Source of the DNA: Alphaproteobacteria bacterium
GTDB lineage: Bacteria > Pseudomonadota > Alphaproteobacteria > MPNO01 > UBA830
NCBI GenBank assembly: GCA_964291215.2
Contig: OZ219790.1
Location: 1,536,001-1,600,000 of the forward strand
DNA length: 64,000 bases
Direction of reading: 5' to 3'
Shown here: piece after piece, positions 63,044-64,000 of the stretch
How positions within the stretch are numbered: position 1 is the stretch's first letter
Layout: each line of letters starts with the position of its first letter
Position numbers and translations under genes: made by a program
The notes under the pieces: model-generated
Told to the model about the DNA's origin: nothing
The model's database searches: none
The model's input: only the letters and a program-made list of their open reading frames with translations

Positions 63044-63922
63044 ATGGCAACCTTCAGAATCGGCGGCGCCACCATAGATGCGGTTGCGGAAGGGCACCGG
63101 ACGTTCTGGTCGCCCCGGGATCTTCTCCCCGACGCGGCGACCGAGGTCATCGGGCTTCATCGCGAGTGGCTTGAACCGCACAGCGTGGAACCGGTCGGCG
63201 GCGCTCTCATCACCACCCATCGCAGCTACCTCGTGCGCGCCGGCGGTCTCGTAATTCTCGTGGACACCTGCATCGGCAATGAAAAGGAGCGCCCGCTGCG
63301 GCCCAACTGGCACCGGCGCAAGTGGCCTTGGATTGACAATCTGCGCGCTCGCGGCGTTGAGCCGGAGGACATCGATGTCGTGCTGTGCACCCATCTCCAC
63401 ACCGATCATGTGGGCTGGAACACTCGGTTGCGGGACGGCCGCTGGGTACCGACATTTCCCAATGCGCACTATCTGTTCCACGAAACGGAATACGACTATT
63501 GGCTGGCGCGCCATACCGCCGAGGACTGGCTGCGCGACGCCTTCATCGACAGCGTTCTGCCGGTGGTCGAGGCGGGGAAGGCGGTGATGGTGGCAGGTGA
63601 TCACGAGATCGCGGACGGGCTCTGGCTCGAGCCGGCGCCGGGCCATACCCCGGGCGCGGTGTGCCTCAACCTGCACGACGGTGATGGTCGCGGCGTCTTC
63701 TGCGGCGACCTGATGCATCATCCCATTCAGGTCCCGGCGCCGCACTGGTCAAGCGTGTTCTGCAGCGATCCCGATCTTTCGCGCAGGACCCGCACCGCTT
63801 TCGTCGAACGCCACGCCGATACCGGCACCATGGTGCTGCCGGCGCATTTTGCAAAGGACGGCGGCGGTTATATCGAGAGCGCCGGGCCGGGCGGAAGTAC
63901 GGTGTTCCGGTTCGCCTCCTGA
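63044..63922 (+). CDS. MBL-fold metallo-hydrolase (copy 2)
   Basis: Same motifs and same length as copy 1. Confidence 0.92.
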   Translation: MATFRIGGATIDAVAEGHRTFWSPRDLLPDAATEVIGLHREWLEPHSVEPVGGALITTHRSYLVRAGGLVILVDTCIGNEKERPLRPNWHRRKWPWIDNLRARGVEPEDIDVVLCTHLHTDHVGWNTRLRDGRWVPTFPNAHYLFHETEYDYWLARHTAEDWLRDAFIDSVLPVVEAGKAVMVAGDHEIADGLWLEPAPGHTPGAVCLNLHDGDGRGVFCGDLMHHPIQVPAPHWSSVFCSDPDLSRRTRTAFVERHADTGTMVLPAHFAKDGGGYIESAGPGGSTVFRFAS

Positions 63923-63964
63923 CAGGGCTGGCGGTCGCGGCGGTGGCAAGAGGGGAAGCGCAGG

Positions 63965-64000
63965 ATGGCTGATCTGGGTTTCGTGGGGCTCGGCAACATG
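63965..64000 (+). CDS. NAD(P)-dependent oxidoreductase, 3-hydroxyisobutyrate dehydrogenase family (partial)
   Basis: MADLGFVGLGNM Rossmann-fold start; only 12 codons visible. Confidence 0.65.
   Translation, partial: MADLGFVGLGNM

Noticed and set aside
62059-63922. Beta-lactam resistance genes
   Set aside because: No signal peptides, and the HxHxDH-VGWN context fits cytoplasmic lactonase-like MBL hydrolases

Overview
High-GC alphaproteobacterial chromosome segment. A Rhodospirillales-like origin is inferred from DUF3126 and the tRNA-Thr / murA-hisG-hisD synteny. Intact catabolic and redox genes are interleaved with roughly 17 kb of nested, decayed insertion sequences. The intact genes include three xanthine-dehydrogenase-family Mo-hydroxylase triplets, a UbiD decarboxylase, F420 genes cofE-cofD-cofC, a fused 5-oxoprolinase, amidohydrolases, tandem MBL hydrolases and a kinase-enolase-dehydrogenase operon. 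The mobile DNA comprises IS630, IS256, IS66, IS3, DUF4338-IS4, an ISNCY-like family, an unclassified family with CAGAyGTCCTGAC ends, several MITEs and a group II intron 5' fragment. Highlights: (1) a probable selenocysteine GST with an in-frame UGA at the C-P-W active site and a SECIS-like hairpin 11 nt downstream; (2) dense microhomology-bounded small deletions in the dead DNA; (3) an unclassified IS/MITE family with 5-bp A-N-N-N-T targets; (4) a multi-layer nest of elements at 47.3-50.3 kb whose insertion order can be read from target duplications; (5) a divergent enolase paralog coupled to an APH-fold kinase. All calls were made by eye from motifs; no database search was run.
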